Part shown: positions 60,244 through 64,000 of the stretch, in pieces
How positions within the stretch are numbered: position 1 is the first letter of the stretch
How the letters are laid out: every line of letters begins with the position of its first letter
Assembly (NCBI GenBank): GCA_950097015.1
Contig: CATNEN010000039.1
Span: 13,640,001 to 13,704,000 of the forward strand
Origin: Macrostomum hystrix
Lineage: Eukaryota; Animalia; Platyhelminthes
Length of the DNA: 64,000 nt
Direction: 5' to 3'
The notes under the pieces: generated by a model
Seen by the model: the letters and a program-made list of their open reading frames with translations, nothing else
The model's database searches: none
What the model was told of the DNA's origin: nothing
Made by a program: the position numbers and the translations under genes

Positions 60244-60732
60244 GTCAGCAGTTCAGATCCCTTATGTAGAGCGCAAAGTGTTTTAAAAGGCTCACCTGAA
60301 ATTCATTTTAACCAGCGCGCTGTACTGATTTCAAAATCGTGTTTTCTCGATAACGCAGTAATGTATAGTGTGATTCAGTCAGATCAACGTGTGTGATTAT
60401 TTCAAACACAGGTATCGATTCCGGGAGCAGAGAAGCGGGCAGGAATTTCCTGAAAGGGTTAAATTTCTGCAGCCAAAATTAGGCAGCCAATCCCCAGAAG
60501 CCAATACGAATCCAAAGCCAATCATTCACATTACCCGAAAAAACGTAGAAACTCCGTTCACATTCAAACTCTCGTACTATTAGTATTAGAGAATGCAAGC
60601 GTTGATTATGCAAATTTATCTATTTTACATTCCGCTGCTTTAAAATAACAGGATACTAAAAAGTATACAGGATGTGTTTAACAATAGACACGCAACAAGC
60701 GAGGTAGCAATTTTGTCCATTCCGCTAAATCC

Positions 60733-61570
60733 TTTGGTTCGTTTCTTCTGCTTTGGTTCGTTTCTTCTGCTTTGGTTCGTTTCTTCTGCTTTGGTTCGTT
60801 TCTTCTGCTTTAGTTCGTTTCTTCTGCTTTGGTTCGTTTCTTCTGCTTTGGTTCGTTTCTTCTGCTTTGGTTCGTTTCTTCTGCTTTGGTTCGTTTCTTC
60901 TGCTTTGGTTCGTTTCTTCTGCTTTGGTTCGTTTCTTCTGCTTTGGTTCGTTTCTTCTGCTTTGGTTCGTTTCTTCTGCTTTGGTTCGTTTCTTCTGCTT
61001 TGGTTCGTTTCTTCTGCTTTGGTTCGTTTCTTCTGCTTTGGTTCGTTTCTTCTGCTTTGGTTCGTTTCTTCTGCTTTGGTTCGTTTCTTCTGCTTTGGTT
61101 CGTTTCTTCTGCTTTGGTTCGTTTCTTCTGCTTTGGTTCGTTTCTTCTGCTTTGGTTCGTTTCTTCTGCTTTGGTTCGTTTTTTCTGCTTTGGTTCGTTT
61201 CTTCTGCTTTGGTTCGTTTCTTCTGCTTTGGTTCGTTTCTTCTGCTTTGGTTCGTTTCTTCTGGTTTAGTTCGTTTCTTCTGGTTTAGTTCGTTTCTTCT
61301 GGTTTAGTTCGTTTCTTCTGGTTTAGTTCGTTTCTTCTGCTTTAGTTCGTTTCTTCTGCTTTGGTTCGTTTCTTCTGCTTTGGTTCGTTTCTTCTGCTTT
61401 AGTTCGTTTCTTCTGGTTTGGTTCGTTTCTTCTGCTTTGGTTCGTTTCTTCTGCTTTGGTTCGTTTCTTCTGCTTTGGTTCGTTTCTTCTGGTTTGGTTC
61501 GTTTCTTCTGGTTTGGTTCGTTTCTTCTGCTTTGGTTCGTTTCTTCTGGTTTGGTTCGTTTCTTCTGCTT
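60733..61570. repeat. 19-bp minisatellite (TTCTTCTGCTTTGGTTCGT)n
   Basis: Directly visible. Confidence 0.95.
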
Positions 61571-62259
61571 ACATTACCCAAGCTTACATTATTTGATTAT
61601 TGCAACGCCTGCCGATTAAAGTACGCTAGGCTATATTTATGATGCGTTACCATGGTCACCGCAATGAAGAGTCTCAGAACTGGATGTACGTACTTTATAT
61701 TGAATTATGCATTAGACCTCAACTAGAGACAACTGACTAACAAATACACTGCTTTTTTTCACCAGGAAAGCTTCGTTAACTGACGGTCAGGCAAAAAAGT
61801 TTTGCTTCGTTCATATATCTGTCGACAAAAACAGCTCTGGACAAATATTTGAATTGCGAAATAGTCGATAGCAGCACAGCCGGGCGGTACATTGGATCGC
61901 TATATATGGACATAGAGATGAAGATTATTCCAGAGTGAGGGGGAGAGAGTACACAATCAAGTGGGATGGCTCTCTTCAGTGCTCAATTGCCTGTGATTGA
62001 CTGAGACTCAGCCCCGGATAGCCGATTTCCAGCTGGGCAAACACGCATTACCCAGCCGGCACGGACACCACATTCCAAGCATAATAACTTTGCCTGGCTT
62101 CCCGGCGTTGCTATGGCAACACTGTTATACTCACCCGCGGACATATTAATGCGCACCTGGCTACATGTCTGCCCGAGGCCTAAATGCGTACAGAACGGAG
62201 CTTTGGAAACCAGAAAAAGCAAAAGAGGAACCGGTAGAGATCAAGCTTCAGGTGTGTCA

Positions 62260-64000
62260 ATGTCAACCGACCAGCTGCCGCAGTCAAAGTCGCGCAGCGG
62301 CTGCTGCTGCTCTTGCTTGCCAGCTAGACGGGCGATTCTGAGCCAAGCGGCTGCCGAGTCAACCGCCCATGGTCTGTCCAGAACCGTGGGCGATGATCGT
62401 CACTGGGTTGTGCGAGTGATCTGGCTGCTGGCTTTCATTGCCGTTGTCGGTCTGCTGCTCCAACAGCTGGTCCAGGCTGTCAACCGCCTGGCTAGCCAGC
62501 CAGTCAGCACCTCCGTGTTGCCGAACGCGGAACAATTCGTGTTTCCTGACATCCATATCTGCCCCTATCCAATGGTATCGGCCAGCTACTCGGCCACAAT
62601 GAGCTCTGCCGATCTCAACTACACCGACTGGCAAATTGAACGCATCTCAAAAGTGCTTCGTGCGGCCAACATTACCGGCGAAGAGTTGAGCCGGCTCACC
62701 GCCCAGATTTTCACTTCGACTGTGCCGTACAGGTTTCTAGTAAGCAACATGGGCATGCGAATGGAGCAGACCATCATTGGAGCTTCTGTTCAGCCGGTGA
62801 CGCGAAATCTCGCGCTCGGCGTTGACATCGTCAACTTGAATCACTACAAGTTTCTGAACTGCTTCACCGTTCGTATGAGCAGCAGTCTGACCCAGAACTT
62901 GCTGAGCAGTGTCATGGGTTACCTGGACATTTCACTGTATGCCGATGCCACCTACAGTGCGACCCTGAAGCTGGCGAACGGCACCATTGATGTCAGGGGC
63001 CTCGGATTCATTAACTACGACATGCAAGTCGGATCTGGGTTCCGCTTGTACTTTACCGAGCGAGGCCGATACCCAGACGAATATAGTACTTCGGTTGCTG
63101 TGAGTCCGGGGTTTCAACATTTTATCAGCCTCAGCATGAGAATCACAACGTTGTCAAAGGACAAGAAGCAGTGCGCCAGTGACACCCCGGCTCAAAAAAT
63201 CTTTGATCCAGCAACTCTAGAGCCTGTTGAATACACCTACAGCCTAGGATGTGAGTGGTCGCATCGCTATGTCCTCTAATGTGCATTCGATATGCTTGCA
63301 CTAATTTCTTGATTAGGGGGGTCGGTGGCAGAGCGGTTACCGCGTTTGCCTCTCGCGCCAAGGTCCCTGAGCTCGATTCCGCGGCGAGTCCACTTTAATT
63401 TGGGGCGCAGACGCGGAGAGAAGGTTTGGGTGCTTGTCGTGAAATGTTGGCCCTTGAGGGCCAAACTCCAAGGCGCAGTGAAAGTGTACACTGCCTGACG
63501 ATTAGAAAGTCTGGGCAGATGTACTCTCCCGTGTGAACGTGTGCCTGCGTACAGATAGTACCTACGTACGAAAAATTGATTGTCTCATCACTTACATTAC
63601 ATTATTCATGGCTTCGCATTGTTTATTCGATCAGACCATGATTTCACGGAGAGCAGTTCAAAAATATTTTTTCATTTTCCTTTGCAGCCTGCTACTCAAA
63701 GTCGCTGTCGAACATTTTTCGTGAACTGGGATTAAACTGTTACATTCCCGGCTACGGTCCGATAATGTACGAGGATAGGAACTTGGTCTCCTGCAACAAT
63801 TTCAGCACACAGCTCGATGAGTACTACTCTTCAAATATACCGCTTAGCAGTGTGCTCAACAATGTGTACATGGTCCAGAGACTTTATAATGGTTCGGCTA
63901 TAGATAATATGGTCAACTCGAGCAGCAAAATGCAGTCGGATTGTGCTTACGGCAAGCCATGCGATGAGCGCATCTACGAGCCAGCTGTGGCATCGGTCCT
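62260..64000 (+). CDS. DEG/ENaC (ASIC-like) sodium channel, partial; exons 62260-63250 and 63688-beyond the window
   Basis: ESTAHG motif, TM1 (VIWLLAFIAVVGLLLQQL), FPDIHIC, FLNCFT, GFRLY...P, VSPG. The phase-1 junction gives YTYSLGS-CYSK. The second exon is open to the window end with C..KPCDE..Y. Confidence 0.88.
63317..63606 (+). mobile_element. tRNA-derived SINE in the DEG/ENaC intron
   Basis: 5' head with A box TGGCAGAGCGG and B box GCTCGATTCC, non-canonical cloverleaf, ~200-bp body, (ACATT)n tail. Confidence 0.6.

Noticed and set aside
58885-60396. 503-aa (SQSV)n ORF
   Set aside because: Translation of a (TCAG)n microsatellite.

Overview
Eukaryotic, intron-containing, very satellite-rich animal genomic DNA; the poly-Q exons and minisatellite-filled introns resemble a free-living flatworm such as Macrostomum (inference only). 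Host genes: an SK/KCNN potassium channel (-), a PHD+SPOC DIDO1/PHF3-family gene (+, 6 exons reconstructed), tRNA-Asp(GTC), a 5-exon TNF-superfamily ligand (-) that the ORF track does not show as one protein, a class A GPCR (-) and a DEG/ENaC channel (+, runs off the window). Mobile DNA: a DD34D mariner, three non-autonomous TIR elements, a compact near-intact Mag-type Gypsy LTR element and a tRNA-derived SINE. The most notable object is an ~11.7 kb element (23422-35146) with 20-bp terminal inverted repeats, inserted in a (TCAC)n microsatellite in intron 3 of the DIDO/PHF3-like gene. After removing a nested CACTA/EnSpm element, a 68-bp triplication and a few frameshifts/stops, its minus strand reads: chromodomain - DBF4-like module (motifs N, M and C zinc finger) - Ala-rich 9-aa repeat - Zn-binding region - tyrosine recombinase (Crypton-like) - Myb/trihelix-like tail. 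I do not recognise a tyrosine-recombinase transposon carrying a Cdc7-activator module plus a chromodomain as a described system. This copy is decayed. All family assignments come from reading motifs by eye; no searches were run.
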